Shown: positions 14,731-23,927, counted from the first letter of the stretch. The stretch: DNA of 24,000 bases from Hoyosella sp. YIM 151337 (GCF_026041215.1 NZ_JAPEIQ010000006.1:116146-140145); one strand, 5' to 3'. Notes: a model not told the origin generated them from the letters alone. Made by a program: numbers and translations.

Positions 14731-14955
14731 TCAGCCGTGGTGCGGCGGGCGATTCTCCAGCAGCCAATCGTCGCTGCGCACCGAAGCGTCCCCACCGCCC
14801 CGGCCAGCAGGGCCCGCCGGACCATCCGGGTCCTCTGGAAGCACGGCACCGAACACAGCATCGAGCGCAGCTTTCCGCCGGACATCGTCTTTCACGCGAT
14901 CCTTCGCGCCACGAGCCTGATCGTGAGTTTCGTGGCGCGCCGCCGAACCGGACAC
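14731..14955 (-). CDS. small conserved-looking hypothetical protein (74 aa)
   Basis: GTG start overlaps the moaB stop by 1 nt, which suggests coupling. Charged, with a Pro/Gly-rich middle, ending ...DDWLLENRPPHHG. No family recognised. Confidence 0.45.
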   Translation of the reverse strand: MSGSAARHETHDQARGAKDRVKDDVRRKAALDAVFGAVLPEDPDGPAGPAGRGGGDASVRSDDWLLENRPPHHG

Positions 14956-15524
14956 TAGTCTTCCTCGAACGTCGACTGCTCGGCAGTGACATGCGCGACC
15001 AGCGGGCCGATGGTGGCCATTCCGTCGCGGACCGCAGCGCGCGATGACGCCAGGTTGACCACCACGGTGCTGCCGGAAATGCCCGCGAGCCCGCGCGATA
15101 GAGCTGCGTCATGCACTCCGTCAGTCCGCCCAGAAGCCCGCAGCGCCTCCGCGATCCCCGGAATCTCACGATCAAGAACCGCTGCCGTTGCCTCCGGTGT
15201 GACATCACGAGCGGACGTGCCGGTCCCGCCGATCGAAATCACGAGATCAACACCGCCGATCACCGCGGTGTTGAGTGCGTTGCGAATTTCCACCTCATCA
15301 GCCGCGACAGCAACAGTGGCGTCGACATGGTAGCCCGCTTCAGTCAGCAGTTCCCGTACCAGCGGCCCGATGTTGTCTGCCTTTTCGCCGTGTGCCTGTC
15401 GATCGTCAACAATCACGACGAGTGCGCGCCCGCCCGGCGACGTCTGCATCTCCATGCTCTTTACGGTAATGCCCACGGTTGGGGCCGCCGACAGCGCATC
15501 CCCGGTCGTCACCCAACTCGTCAC
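14955..15524 (-). CDS. moaB: MogA/MoaB-family molybdenum cofactor biosynthesis protein
   Basis: MoCF-binding domain (ALVVIVDDR..., DLVISIGGTGTSARDVTPEA, STVVVNLASS). GTGA overlap with the pepD stop. Synteny with Mtb Rv0984. Confidence 0.85.
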   Translation of the reverse strand: MTSWVTTGDALSAAPTVGITVKSMEMQTSPGGRALVVIVDDRQAHGEKADNIGPLVRELLTEAGYHVDATVAVAADEVEIRNALNTAVIGGVDLVISIGGTGTSARDVTPEATAAVLDREIPGIAEALRASGRTDGVHDAALSRGLAGISGSTVVVNLASSRAAVRDGMATIGPLVAHVTAEQSTFEED

Positions 15525-16849
15525 CGCGTCGCCTCCTCAGCACCCAATTCAACCTCCACTGTGCGTTCCTCTCCCCCTGGTGAGTCAGTCCAGGTGATTG
15601 TCACCGTATCGCCCGGTGCTTGCGCCCGGACAGCTGCAATCAGTCCGGCCGCGCCGGTGATGATCCGATCATCGAGCCGCGTGATGATCGCGCCCTCGGG
15701 AATCCCGGCGGCGTCCGCAGCTGCCCCGCCGATGACCTCAGTCACAAGCGCCCCCCGCACCGGATCACGCGTGTCGAGCAAGACCCCCAGCCGTGCAGTG
15801 GTGGCCTGACCCGTGCTGGCAAGTTGCTCGGCGATGCGGCGTGCCTGATCGATGGGGATTGAGAAACCAAGCCCGATCGAGCCAGGGTTTAGGCCCGGCA
15901 TTGACCCTAGCGTGGCGATGGCCGTGTTGATACCCACCAGTTCACCGTTCATGTTCACCAGCGCACCGCCGGAGTTCCCTGGGTTGATGGCGGCGTCGGT
16001 TTGGATCGCGTCGATGACGGTGTACGACGTGGTGCCGTCCTGCCCCGTCTCCCCAGTCGCGGACACCGGCCTGTGCAGGGCGCTGACAATCCCTGACGTG
16101 ACGGTGCCATCGAGCCCAAGCGGTGAACCCACCGCGACAACGTCCTGGCCCACACGGAGGTCGCTAGAGCTGCCGATAGTCGCTGGCACCAGATCCGTGC
16201 GGCCTTCCACCTGTACCACTGCGATGTCGGTGCTGACATCACCGGCGACTACCCGTCCAGTGGCGGTGGTCCCGTCATAGAAGGACACCTCAACCGTCCC
16301 ATCCGAGGGGGCAACCACATGGTTGTTGGTGAGGATCAGCCCGTCAGAACTGAGAATTACGCCCGAGCCGCTGCCCGAGGCGCGCTGTGTGCGCACGTCA
16401 ATCATGACGACGGAGGGAATGATGCGCTCAGCAGCCCATTGCACCGATCCTTCCGGGGCGGCTTCGCCGCCTCCAGAACTGACTGGAGCCGAAACAGCCG
16501 GCGGAGCTGAGTTCGAGTCCTGGCTCGCCACATAACCACCGACCGCGCCGCCGATACCCGCACTCAGCAGCGCAAGCACTAGCGCCCCCGCGATAAAGCC
16601 GGTTCGGCTCGTGCCGCGCTTCTGCGGTTGACCTGTTTCAGCCGGCGGATATAGCGGCCCCTGCGGGTACGGGGCATGCTGATACTGGCCGTGCGCTCCC
16701 AGCCCATGACCATGCGGCGGCACACCGAGCCCGCCTGGCTGGCCGGCGTCGGGATGAGCATCATAAGCAGGAAACCGCTGCGTGTCTCCGCTGCCAGCTG
16801 CGGCCGGTTCCTCAGGGCGCGGTTCGCGCGGATACTGCTCGTTACTCAT
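15521..16849 (-). CDS. pepD: HtrA/DegP-type serine protease with a PDZ domain (PepD-like)
   Basis: Pro/Gly/His-rich N-terminus, one TM, a trypsin-like domain (TNNHVV, DIAVV, GNSGGALV) and a C-terminal PDZ. ATG at 16849 has GGAAGAGGGGA upstream; the track ORF starts at a TTG at 16882. Confidence 0.9.
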   Translation of the reverse strand: MSNEQYPREPRPEEPAAAGSGDTQRFPAYDAHPDAGQPGGLGVPPHGHGLGAHGQYQHAPYPQGPLYPPAETGQPQKRGTSRTGFIAGALVLALLSAGIGGAVGGYVASQDSNSAPPAVSAPVSSGGGEAAPEGSVQWAAERIIPSVVMIDVRTQRASGSGSGVILSSDGLILTNNHVVAPSDGTVEVSFYDGTTATGRVVAGDVSTDIAVVQVEGRTDLVPATIGSSSDLRVGQDVVAVGSPLGLDGTVTSGIVSALHRPVSATGETGQDGTTSYTVIDAIQTDAAINPGNSGGALVNMNGELVGINTAIATLGSMPGLNPGSIGLGFSIPIDQARRIAEQLASTGQATTARLGVLLDTRDPVRGALVTEVIGGAAADAAGIPEGAIITRLDDRIITGAAGLIAAVRAQAPGDTVTITWTDSPGGEERTVEVELGAEEATR

Positions 16850-16959
16850 CTGTCCCCTCTTCCGGTATGCCCACGGGCACAAGCGTCGCTACTCCGTCAA
16901 ACGTGCCGGTGCCGCCTGAAATTTCTGTGAGACGGAACTGTCAATCTGGCGTGAAAAGA

Positions 16960-18369
16960 TCAGGTTGGCCCCGGTGCACCGTTAGGTGACTCACCAGGCA
17001 AGCGGAGTGTGACGCGCGCCCCGCCGCTGGGCGACTCCCCTATCGACACCGTGCCACCGTGCCGCTGCATAACGTGTTGCACAATGGCGAGCCCCAGTCC
17101 GGAGCCCGGCATCGAGCGCGAGGCATCTGACCGGTAGAACCGTTCGAACACGAGTTGTCGCTCTTCAGGCGGTATACCCGGGCCGTCGTCATCTACACAG
17201 ATCTCCACTGTCCGCGGGGCAAGCAATGACATCCGGACGCGCACGGTCGCACCATCCGGACTCCATTTCGCGGCGTTGTCGAGGACGTTCAGCAGCGCCC
17301 GGTTGAGCGCACCTGGGTCCCCCCACGTGAACCATGGGAAAGTGTATGGCTCGATCACCACATCGCCGCGCCGCCTGCGCACCCGCTCGACACACTTGTC
17401 GACAACATCAGCGAGGTCGATTCGTTCAAAACCGGGCTCGGGAGCGTCCTCGCGCGCGAGATCGACGAGGTCCCCGACGAGTGTGGAAAGCTCCTCGATC
17501 TGCGCCATGACGTCGTTGCGCAGCCCTTCCATATCTTCTGCGGACAACGCCGGAGCTTCCGGCCGGCTGGCCGCGATGAGGAGTTCCATGTTGGTGCGCA
17601 GCGAAGTCAGCGGAGTGCGCAGCTCGTGGCCGGCGTCGGCAACGAGGCGCGCTTGGCGCTCGCGTGACTCAGCCAGCGCGGCAAGCATCGCGTTGAACGC
17701 CTGAGTCAGGCGCGCGAGTTCGTCATCCCCTGTGACCGGGATCGGCGTGAGGTCATCGGTTCGCGCGACCCGCTGCGCAGCCGCGGTCAGCCGCCCCACG
17801 GGCCGCAGACCGGTGCGCCCCACCGCGGTACCTGCCGCGGCCGCCAAGACAACCCCGCACCCACCGACGACAAAGAGGACAATCGCCATCCGGTCGAGAA
17901 TGTCGCGTGTGGGACCCAGGTCCTGGCCGAGCACGATGGTGACACCGCCGTGGCTGCGCTCCGCGTAAACCCGGTGGTTGCCAATTGTCCGCAGCGAGGA
18001 TTCGGTTTCGCCGCGCACCACCGCGAATTCTGGCTCGTCGACCTCCAGCAGCGGCGGCAGGTGCGTCGACGTGCCGTCGGGGAAAATCAGCATCACGGTG
18101 AGGTTTTCAGAGAACACTCGCGCGGTCCCCAGCGCACCCGGCCCGAGCCGCTCCGCAGTGTAACTGTCGATCATCGTGTCGACCCGGTTGCGCAACTGCT
18201 CATCGACTTCGCTGTAGAGCGCCCGCGACACGACGCTGTACGCCGCAGCGGCCATCAGGGCAACCGCGAATGCCACAACCGTCGTCGCGAGCAGCGCGAC
18301 GCGCAGACGAAGGGAAATCGTTCGGGTGAACTCGCGCGGCTGGGTGAGGATCCGGCGGTCCGCCCTCAC
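16960..18369 (-). CDS. mprB: two-component sensor histidine kinase (MprB-like)
   Basis: Two TMs, HAMP, H-box [11 protein letters not shown]-box [13 protein letters not shown]1 DDGPGI and G2 GSGLGLAIV. Start set at the GTG that overlaps the mprA stop (GTGA). Confidence 0.88.
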   Translation of the reverse strand: MRADRRILTQPREFTRTISLRLRVALLATTVVAFAVALMAAAAYSVVSRALYSEVDEQLRNRVDTMIDSYTAERLGPGALGTARVFSENLTVMLIFPDGTSTHLPPLLEVDEPEFAVVRGETESSLRTIGNHRVYAERSHGGVTIVLGQDLGPTRDILDRMAIVLFVVGGCGVVLAAAAGTAVGRTGLRPVGRLTAAAQRVARTDDLTPIPVTGDDELARLTQAFNAMLAALAESRERQARLVADAGHELRTPLTSLRTNMELLIAASRPEAPALSAEDMEGLRNDVMAQIEELSTLVGDLVDLAREDAPEPGFERIDLADVVDKCVERVRRRRGDVVIEPYTFPWFTWGDPGALNRALLNVLDNAAKWSPDGATVRVRMSLLAPRTVEICVDDDGPGIPPEERQLVFERFYRSDASRSMPGSGLGLAIVQHVMQRHGGTVSIGESPSGGARVTLRLPGESPNGAPGPT

Positions 18370-19055
18370 GGCGGCGTTTCCCGCAGCACGTAACCCACGC
18401 CGCGCACAGTGTGGATAATCCGCGCTTCCCCTTCGGATTCGGTCTTGCGGCGCAAGTACCCGATGTATACCTCGAGCGCGTTGCCGGACGTCGGAAAGTC
18501 GTACCCCCACACCTCTTCGAGGATGCGCGCACGAGTGAGCACGCGGCGCGGGTTCGCCATCAGCATCTCAAGCAGCGAGAACTCGGTACGTGTGAGGCTG
18601 ATCGGACGGTCATTCCGTGTCACCTCACGCGTCACCAAATCCATTTTGAGACCCGCGAATTCCATCGTGTCGGATCCCTCGCCCCCCTCATGTGGTGCGC
18701 GGCGGCGCAACAATGCACGCAGGCGCGCCAGCAGTTCCTCAAGCGCGAAAGGCTTGGGCAGGTAATCGTCAGCACCAGCGTCGAGACCCGACACGCGTTC
18801 GGACACCGAGTCACGCGCGGTGAGGACCAGAATCGGGCGCTCGTCCCCCTGACTGCGCAGGCGACGACACACTTCGAGCCCATCCATCCGTGGCATCATG
18901 ACGTCGAGAACAATCGCATCCGGTGCTGAGTCCGCTACTTTTTCCAGCGCATCGGCACCGTCAACCGCCAGGTCGACGCTGTAACCATTGAACGACAACG
19001 AGCGCCGCAGCGACTCACGAACGGCGCGGTCATCATCCACAACGAGAATCCGCAT
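18366..19055 (-). CDS. mprA: OmpR/PhoB-family response regulator (MprA-like)
   Basis: MRILVVDDD..., receiver Asp in IVLDVMMP, and a winged-helix C-terminus ([11 protein letters not shown]...[13 protein letters not shown]). Confidence 0.92.
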   Translation of the reverse strand: MRILVVDDDRAVRESLRRSLSFNGYSVDLAVDGADALEKVADSAPDAIVLDVMMPRMDGLEVCRRLRSQGDERPILVLTARDSVSERVSGLDAGADDYLPKPFALEELLARLRALLRRRAPHEGGEGSDTMEFAGLKMDLVTREVTRNDRPISLTRTEFSLLEMLMANPRRVLTRARILEEVWGYDFPTSGNALEVYIGYLRRKTESEGEARIIHTVRGVGYVLRETPP

Positions 19056-19133
19056 GGTCCTAGTGTGTACTGAGCAACTAAGTAATCCTTAAGAGCGTCC
19101 CATTCGGAACGTATCTCTTCTCAGCCGGACGTG

Positions 19134-19748
19134 TCAGCGCCCTGCGAGGCGGGGCGCTGTCGGCAGATTCCAGCCGCGCCACAGCGCCAGCAGGCGCAGC
19201 CCAGCCGCGATGACACTGCCAGCGATCAGGCCTGCGTCCTCTGGCATCTGTGAGAGGTCTGCGAGGACCACCACCATGGCACCGAGCAGGGCTGGCAGCG
19301 CGTATAAGTCGCGCTGCAACAGCAACGGCATTTCGTTGACGAGGACGTCGCGCAGCACACCCCCGCCAATGGCGGTGATCATCCCGATGATTGTGGCCGC
19401 CAGCGCGCCCGCACCACTCGCGAGCGCGATGCCAGCGCCACCAGTTGCGAAAACGCCAACTCCGACAGCGTCAAGGACGAGGACGCCAGACCGGATGCGC
19501 CGCACTTCAGGATGCAGTATCAGCACCACAAGGCAGGCCGCGAATGCGGTGGCGAAGTACGGCCAATTTTGCAGCGACGTGGGCGGATTGATGCCCAGAA
19601 GGACGTCACGGATCAACCCGCCGCCGATCCCGGTGATTACTCCGACGACACATACACCGAAGATGTCGAGCCGTTTCGACACTCCAACAAGGGCGCCGGA
19701 GGCCGCGAAAACAGCGATCCCTGAGAAGTCGAGGATGCGGAGGAGCAC
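19134..19748 (-). CDS. trimeric intracellular cation channel (TRIC / UPF0126, YadS-like) family membrane protein
   Basis: 204 aa. Two internal repeats each carry the glycine-rich motif (GIGGGLIRDVLLG and AIGGGVLRDVLVN). Confidence 0.85.
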   Translation of the reverse strand: MLLRILDFSGIAVFAASGALVGVSKRLDIFGVCVVGVITGIGGGLIRDVLLGINPPTSLQNWPYFATAFAACLVVLILHPEVRRIRSGVLVLDAVGVGVFATGGAGIALASGAGALAATIIGMITAIGGGVLRDVLVNEMPLLLQRDLYALPALLGAMVVVLADLSQMPEDAGLIAGSVIAAGLRLLALWRGWNLPTAPRLAGR

Positions 19749-19759
19749 TCACAAAGCCT

Positions 19760-19793
19760 AGGGCCCGTACGGAAAAACATCCGTACGGGCCCT
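19760..19793 (-). terminator. 13-bp perfect hairpin downstream of rpmF
   Basis: agggcccgtacgg - aaaaacat - ccgtacgggccct, starting 15 nt after the L32 stop. Confidence 0.6.
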
Positions 19794-19807
19794 CTGGTTG
19801 CACGCGG

Positions 19808-19984
19808 TCAGCGCAGTTTATCCGGATCGATCAGTCCCCGGCGGACAGCGGTGAGCAGGCGGTGCGGGATACGCAGCGCCTCGCCCCCGGCGCGCACGGG
19901 CACCAGGTCGACTGCGGTGGCTTTCCACTGCGCCCGGCGGCTGCGAGTGCGCGAGCGGGACTTCCGCCGCTTTGGTACTGCCAT
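19808..19984 (-). CDS. rpmF: 50S ribosomal protein L32, Cys-less (C-) form; absent from the ORF track
   Basis: Manual translation: [58 protein letters not shown] (58 aa). It has the canonical L32 N-terminus MAVPKRR.SRS.TR.RRAQWKA and no cysteines. Confidence 0.85.
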   Translation of the reverse strand: MAVPKRRKSRSRTRSRRAQWKATAVDLVPVRAGGEALRIPHRLLTAVRRGLIDPDKLR

Positions 19985-20008
19985 GATGAGGTTCCTTTCA
20001 GTTTCCGC

Positions 20009-20278
20009 TTACTGGCCTTTGGCGCGAGGCCGCACGCGGTTGCCGTAACGTTGACGGAATTTTTCTACCCGCCCAGCCGTGTCGAGGATACGCTGTGCGC
20101 CCGTCCAGAAAGGATGCGACTCCGAAGTTACGTCGACGACGATCAGTGGGTACTCGTTTCCGTCTTCCCAGGTGATGGTCCGGCCGCTCGTAACGGTGGA
20201 GCGGGTAAGGAACATCGATCCCGTGTTTGCGTCCTGGAAGACGACTGGATGATAGTCGGGGTGGATGCCAGTTTTCAC
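20009..20278 (-). CDS. rpmE2: 50S ribosomal protein L31 type B (C-)
   Basis: (M)[19 protein letters not shown]... with no CxxC motif. The GTG start overlaps the stop of the upstream COG0523 gene by 1 nt. Confidence 0.92.
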   Translation of the reverse strand: MKTGIHPDYHPVVFQDANTGSMFLTRSTVTSGRTITWEDGNEYPLIVVDVTSESHPFWTGAQRILDTAGRVEKFRQRYGNRVRPRAKGQ

Positions 20279-21570
20279 TAGGGTCCTTCTTTCCTGATGG
20301 TGAGATCTACCGCATTGTCCGTACCGGCGAGGTCTTCGCAGGGGTCTTCATGCCACTGTCCGAACGGGTCGTCCCACGTGGCCCATTCCTTCTCGCCGAG
20401 CGCGAGCTCAGTGTCAGTCAGCAACGCCATGTCCAGTGCCGCGGTGATCCGCTGGGGGTCAGCGTCGTGGACAAGAACCGCCATCGAGCAGTCCCGGTCA
20501 CCGAACTGTGGGTGCCACCGCAGGGCGGCAATAGCACGGCGGTCTTCCGGCTGGGCTCCCTGTTCTGCTGGGCTCATCGCGTCCAGCCACAGCCCGGAGG
20601 CTGCGATGCGGAGGCCACCGCCAGCTGATTCCATCCACAGCACCTGGTCAGGCTGAGACGCGACCCAGAAGCGCCCGCGGGTGCAGATGACACCGTCGAG
20701 CAACGTGTCGATCGCCTCGTGCAGGCGCCCTGGGTGGAAAGGACGCTGCGCGGTGTACTCGACGATCTGCACACCGCAGTCCGAATCGAGGGGCGGCTCG
20801 CCACGAAGCATGGGCGAATGCGCGTCGGTGATTGCACCGCGGCGCGAGTGCGCGGGAACGTTCGCGAGCAGCCGTTCTGCGTCGATCGCCGGCTTGTTTC
20901 CCATCCACGCCATGGGCGCGCCTGGTGCGAGCCTGCTCAGGACGGCGCACAACTTCGCCTGTTCCCAACCGTCCTCCGCGTCCCCAGAAATGACGAGGGC
21001 GTCCGCGAATGCCACCTGCCCCACGACGACTTGCGCCACTGTGCGGTCATCGTCGTGGCTCGCTGTGATCTGGCGTTCTTCCAGCGTGTCATCACTGGTG
21101 GCATCTGAGAGCCACGTCGCCGCATCGAGGCACGTGACGGTGGCGTCGACGCGGACGTCGAGGCTCGCGGGACCGTCGATATGACCGACCATGCCTTCGA
21201 TCATCACGTTGTCGATAGCCCACGACAGCGCCTCGGGTTCCAGCACCGGGTCAAGCAGGAGCACGATCCGCTCGACCCGGCTGCGGGTGTGCAGCCGGCG
21301 CAACAGTGGCAGCAGATCTTCCCGCAGCGTGCACGACACGCAGCCGTGCGCGAGCTCGAGGATCGTCGTCTTTTCCCGCGGAATCGGGCCGTTTGCGGTA
21401 ATCAGCGTTCGGCGCACCACCCCCGTCGACACCTCGCTGAGGTCGTGGTGGACTATCGTCGTGCCCTCACGCAGCAGCGACTGCGCGACCACGCGGGCCT
21501 TCTGTTCGGCGGAGCTTCCCTGCCATCCGCAGACCAGCACTACTGGTGTGCGCTGATCGGTCACGAGCAT
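20278..21570 (-). CDS. COG0523 (CobW/YciC/ZigA-like) protein with degenerate GTPase and metal motifs
   Basis: 430 aa. The N-terminal domain aligns by eye to COG0523, but it has GWQGSSAEQ in place of GxxGxGKT and GCVSCT in place of GCxCC. A CobW_C-like C-terminus is present ([23 protein letters not shown]). It is the first gene of the operon with rpmE2-rpmF. Confidence 0.75.
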   Translation of the reverse strand: MLVTDQRTPVVLVCGWQGSSAEQKARVVAQSLLREGTTIVHHDLSEVSTGVVRRTLITANGPIPREKTTILELAHGCVSCTLREDLLPLLRRLHTRSRVERIVLLLDPVLEPEALSWAIDNVMIEGMVGHIDGPASLDVRVDATVTCLDAATWLSDATSDDTLEERQITASHDDDRTVAQVVVGQVAFADALVISGDAEDGWEQAKLCAVLSRLAPGAPMAWMGNKPAIDAERLLANVPAHSRRGAITDAHSPMLRGEPPLDSDCGVQIVEYTAQRPFHPGRLHEAIDTLLDGVICTRGRFWVASQPDQVLWMESAGGGLRIAASGLWLDAMSPAEQGAQPEDRRAIAALRWHPQFGDRDCSMAVLVHDADPQRITAALDMALLTDTELALGEKEWATWDDPFGQWHEDPCEDLAGTDNAVDLTIRKEGP

Positions 21571-21616
21571 TCCCCTTTACAGCTTGCGCTTGTGCGGTTA
21601 TCAGCAATCCGTTGCC

Positions 21617-21630
21617 GGTAACGATTGTCA
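21617..21630. promoter_or_regulatory. candidate Zur box (COG0523-rpmE2-rpmF side)
   Basis: GGTAACGATTGTCA matches 10 of 14 positions of the Fur-family Zur core GAAAATGATTTTCA. It lies 47-60 nt upstream of the COG0523 start. Confidence 0.35.
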
Positions 21631-21671
21631 GAATCCTTTTCAAGAAGGTACCGTGTTCAGTCGGCTTTGTC

Positions 21672-21685
21672 GAAAACGAATGTCA
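21672..21685. promoter_or_regulatory. candidate Zur box (rpmB-rpmG-rpsN-rpsR side)
   Basis: GAAAACGAATGTCA matches 11 of 14 positions of GAAAATGATTTTCA. It lies 21-34 nt upstream of the rpmB ATG and shares the AACGAWTGTCA core with 21617..21630. Confidence 0.4.
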
Positions 21686-21705
21686 CTTACGAGAGGTCCG
21701 CCGCC

Positions 21706-21942
21706 ATGTCCGCGCACTGCCAGGTCACAGGACGCAAACCCAGCTTCGGGAAGTCCGTCTCGCACTCCCACGTGCGCACGTCCCGCCGCTGGGATCCCAA
21801 CATCCAGCGCCGCCGCTACTTCCTGCCAAGCGAAAACCGATACGTCACGCTGCGCGTTTCTGCAAAAGGCATCAAGACGATCGATCGCGACGGAATCGAG
21901 GCCGTCGTCAAACGCATCCGCGCGCGCGGCGACAAGATTTAA
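21706..21942 (+). CDS. rpmB: 50S ribosomal protein L28 (C- type)
   Basis: [29 protein letters not shown]... with GAGAGG 9 nt upstream. It has a single Cys and no CxxC pairs. The track ORF starts at 21625, which is a spurious extension. Confidence 0.92.
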   Translation: MSAHCQVTGRKPSFGKSVSHSHVRTSRRWDPNIQRRRYFLPSENRYVTLRVSAKGIKTIDRDGIEAVVKRIRARGDKI

Positions 21943-21978
21943 CCGGCCGGCTTCCCACCCCCGAAGAGAGAACACACA

Positions 21979-22143
21979 ATGGCTCGCAATGAGGTTCGCC
22001 CCATCATCAAACTGAAGTCCACCGCAGGAACCGGATTCACATACGTCACCCGTAAGAACCGGCGAAACGACCCAGACCGGCTGGTTCTGAAAAAATACGA
22101 TCCCGTTGTCCGCAAGCATGTTGACTTCCGGGAAGAGCGCTGA
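21979..22143 (+). CDS. rpmG: 50S ribosomal protein L33 (C- type); absent from the ORF track
   Basis: Manual translation: [54 protein letters not shown] (54 aa), with no cysteines. Confidence 0.9.
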   Translation: MARNEVRPIIKLKSTAGTGFTYVTRKNRRNDPDRLVLKKYDPVVRKHVDFREER

Positions 22144-22154
22144 GGTAGAGTTTT

Positions 22155-22460
22155 ATGGCTAAGAAATCGAAGATCGCTCGCAACGAGCAACGCAAGGCAG
22201 TCGTGGCAAAGTACGCCGCACGCCGGAGTGAACTGAAGGACATTATCCGCAACCCGGCCACCTCCGATGAGGACCGGATGGCAGCCGTCAGCGAACTCCA
22301 GCGACAGCCTCGCAACGCAAGTGCGGTAAGGTTACGTAATCGGGACGCGGTAGACGGTCGTCCGCGTGCGTACTTCCGCAAGTTCGGGCTTTCTCGAGTT
22401 CGGCTGCGCGAAATGGCGCACCGCGGCGAACTGCCCGGCGTCAACAAGTCGAGCTGGTAA
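22155..22460 (+). CDS. rpsN: 30S ribosomal protein S14, long Cys-less (C-) form
   Basis: [24 protein letters not shown]...LPGVNKSSW, 101 aa, no Cys. Confidence 0.93.
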   Translation: MAKKSKIARNEQRKAVVAKYAARRSELKDIIRNPATSDEDRMAAVSELQRQPRNASAVRLRNRDAVDGRPRAYFRKFGLSRVRLREMAHRGELPGVNKSSW

Positions 22461-22486
22461 CAACGATCGTCAGGAACGAAGGACAC

Positions 22487-22741
22487 ATGGGGAAGAAAAC
22501 AGTCGCCACCAAGAAGAAGGGTGGCGAGCAGAGCCGGAAGACGAAGAAGAACCCGCTGATCACCGCGGGTATCGAGACGGTTGACTACAAAGACGTCAAC
22601 CTGCTTCGCACCTTCATCTCTGACCGTGGCAAGATCCGTTCACGCCGCGTCACCGGCCTGACGCCCCAGCAGCAGCGCCAGGTTGCAGTAGCAGTGAAGA
22701 ATGCGCGCGAGATGGCGCTACTTCCCTTCTCCAGCCGCTGA
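22487..22741 (+). CDS. rpsR: 30S ribosomal protein S18 (C- type)
   Basis: ...[50 protein letters not shown], no Cys. Confidence 0.93.
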   Translation: MGKKTVATKKKGGEQSRKTKKNPLITAGIETVDYKDVNLLRTFISDRGKIRSRRVTGLTPQQQRQVAVAVKNAREMALLPFSSR

Positions 22742-22758
22742 CTTCGCGATAGCTCACA

Positions 22759-22793
22759 CCCCCAGGCAGTACGTTGAGTGCCCTGGGGGTTTT
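22759..22793 (+). terminator. intrinsic terminator of the rpmB-rpsR operon
   Basis: cccccagg ... cctggggg stem followed by tttt. Confidence 0.7.
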
Positions 22794-22934
22794 GCTGTGC
22801 CAACTCCGCTGTGAGGGTAATTTTCGTCACAGCACGACGCGCGCGTACCTGATCACATTTGCCGCCGTTCGGATTCCGTGCGGCCCACTCCTGGCTCTAG
22901 GCTGCTTAGCGCAGCGAATGAAAAGGGGTACCAG

Positions 22935-23879
22935 GTGTCCGGAGTGGTCGTCGGCTTCTCGGTCATCTTCTCGATCGTTGTCGTCGGGTATCTCCTCGGC
23001 CGTTCCGGCGTACTCGGCCCGGGTGCGGAGCAAGCGATTAGCCGACTGGTATTTCTCGTCGCTACCCCCGCGCTCTTGTTCGACACGCTCTCACGCGCCG
23101 ACCTCGCAGTCATCTTTTCGCCACTGCTGGCAGTCGCGGCCGGTTCCGCTCTCGTCGCCGGCGTCTCGTACTTTGTCCTCGCACGGTGGTGGCTGCGCCG
23201 GAGAGTGCCCGAAGCCACGATCGGGGCGCTCGCCTCGGGATACGTCAACGCCGTAAATCTCGGGCTGCCGATCGCTGTCTACGTTCTCGGGGACGCGACG
23301 CTCGTTGCCCCGGTCCTGCTCTTTCAGGTGCTCGTTCTCAACCCCATTGCGCTCACAGTGCTGGACGTCAGCACCATGCGGGCCCGGCTGCCGGGTGGTC
23401 ACCGCCGATCTCGACTCACGGTGATCGTCACCCCGCTGAAGAACCCTATCCTCATCGCGGCGCTGGCAGGTCTCCTGTTCTCGATGCTGGGCACGAATCT
23501 GCCCGAAGTTGTGCAGCGGCCTATCAGCCTCGTTGCAGGCATCTCCGTTCCGGGTGCACTGATTGCATTCGGACTCTCACTGCACGGCAAGCGTGCCCTG
23601 CAGCGCGGAATCAGTCCGCGCAGAGATGTCGCACTTGCGGCCACGTTTAAGACACTCATCCAGCCGGCTGTCGCGTATCTGCTCGGCCGATACGTGTTCG
23701 GGCTGGACGGTCACGCCCTGTTCAGCGTTGTCGTTATGGCAGCACTCCCCACGGCACAGAATGTCTTCATCTTCGCGAGCTGGTACACGCGCGGAGTTGT
23801 GCTGGCCCGGGACGCAGCGATAGTCACCACGCTCACGGCAATACCCGCGATCGCGGCGGCCACGTTCTTGCTCGCCTGA
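22935..23879 (+). CDS. AEC (auxin efflux carrier, Mem_trans) family transporter
   Basis: Start set at the GTG at 22935 (AAAAGGGG upstream). (V)SGVVVGFSVIFSIVVVGYLLGR..., about 10 TMs. The track ORF begins at 22878. Confidence 0.8.
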   Translation: MSGVVVGFSVIFSIVVVGYLLGRSGVLGPGAEQAISRLVFLVATPALLFDTLSRADLAVIFSPLLAVAAGSALVAGVSYFVLARWWLRRRVPEATIGALASGYVNAVNLGLPIAVYVLGDATLVAPVLLFQVLVLNPIALTVLDVSTMRARLPGGHRRSRLTVIVTPLKNPILIAALAGLLFSMLGTNLPEVVQRPISLVAGISVPGALIAFGLSLHGKRALQRGISPRRDVALAATFKTLIQPAVAYLLGRYVFGLDGHALFSVVVMAALPTAQNVFIFASWYTRGVVLARDAAIVTTLTAIPAIAAATFLLA

Positions 23880-23880
23880 C

Positions 23881-23927
23881 GCTTGTGTCATTCTGCCTTC
23901 GGAAAGCGGCGGCAGAATGACACAAGC
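23881..23927. terminator. perfect 17-bp hairpin between convergent genes
   Basis: gcttgtgtcattctgcc - 13-nt loop - ggcagaatgacacaagc, starting 2 nt after the AEC stop. Confidence 0.6.

Noticed and set aside
19056-19133. Search for MprA-box-like direct repeats upstream of mprA.
   Set aside because: Only scattered CTCAG/CTGAG fragments in mixed orientation were found, with no convincing pair of spaced direct repeats. I also do not remember the consensus precisely enough to call a site.
21625-21705. N-terminal extension of the L28 ORF in the track ([27 protein letters not shown]...).
   Set aside because: The canonical L28 N-terminus begins at the ATG at 21706, which has its own RBS. The extension covers the promoter and candidate operator region.
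22878-22934. Upstream ATG start of the AEC transporter ORF.
   Set aside because: The first 19 residues are hydrophilic and overlap the terminator-proximal region. The GTG at 22935 has a purine-rich RBS and begins directly with TM1, as in family members.
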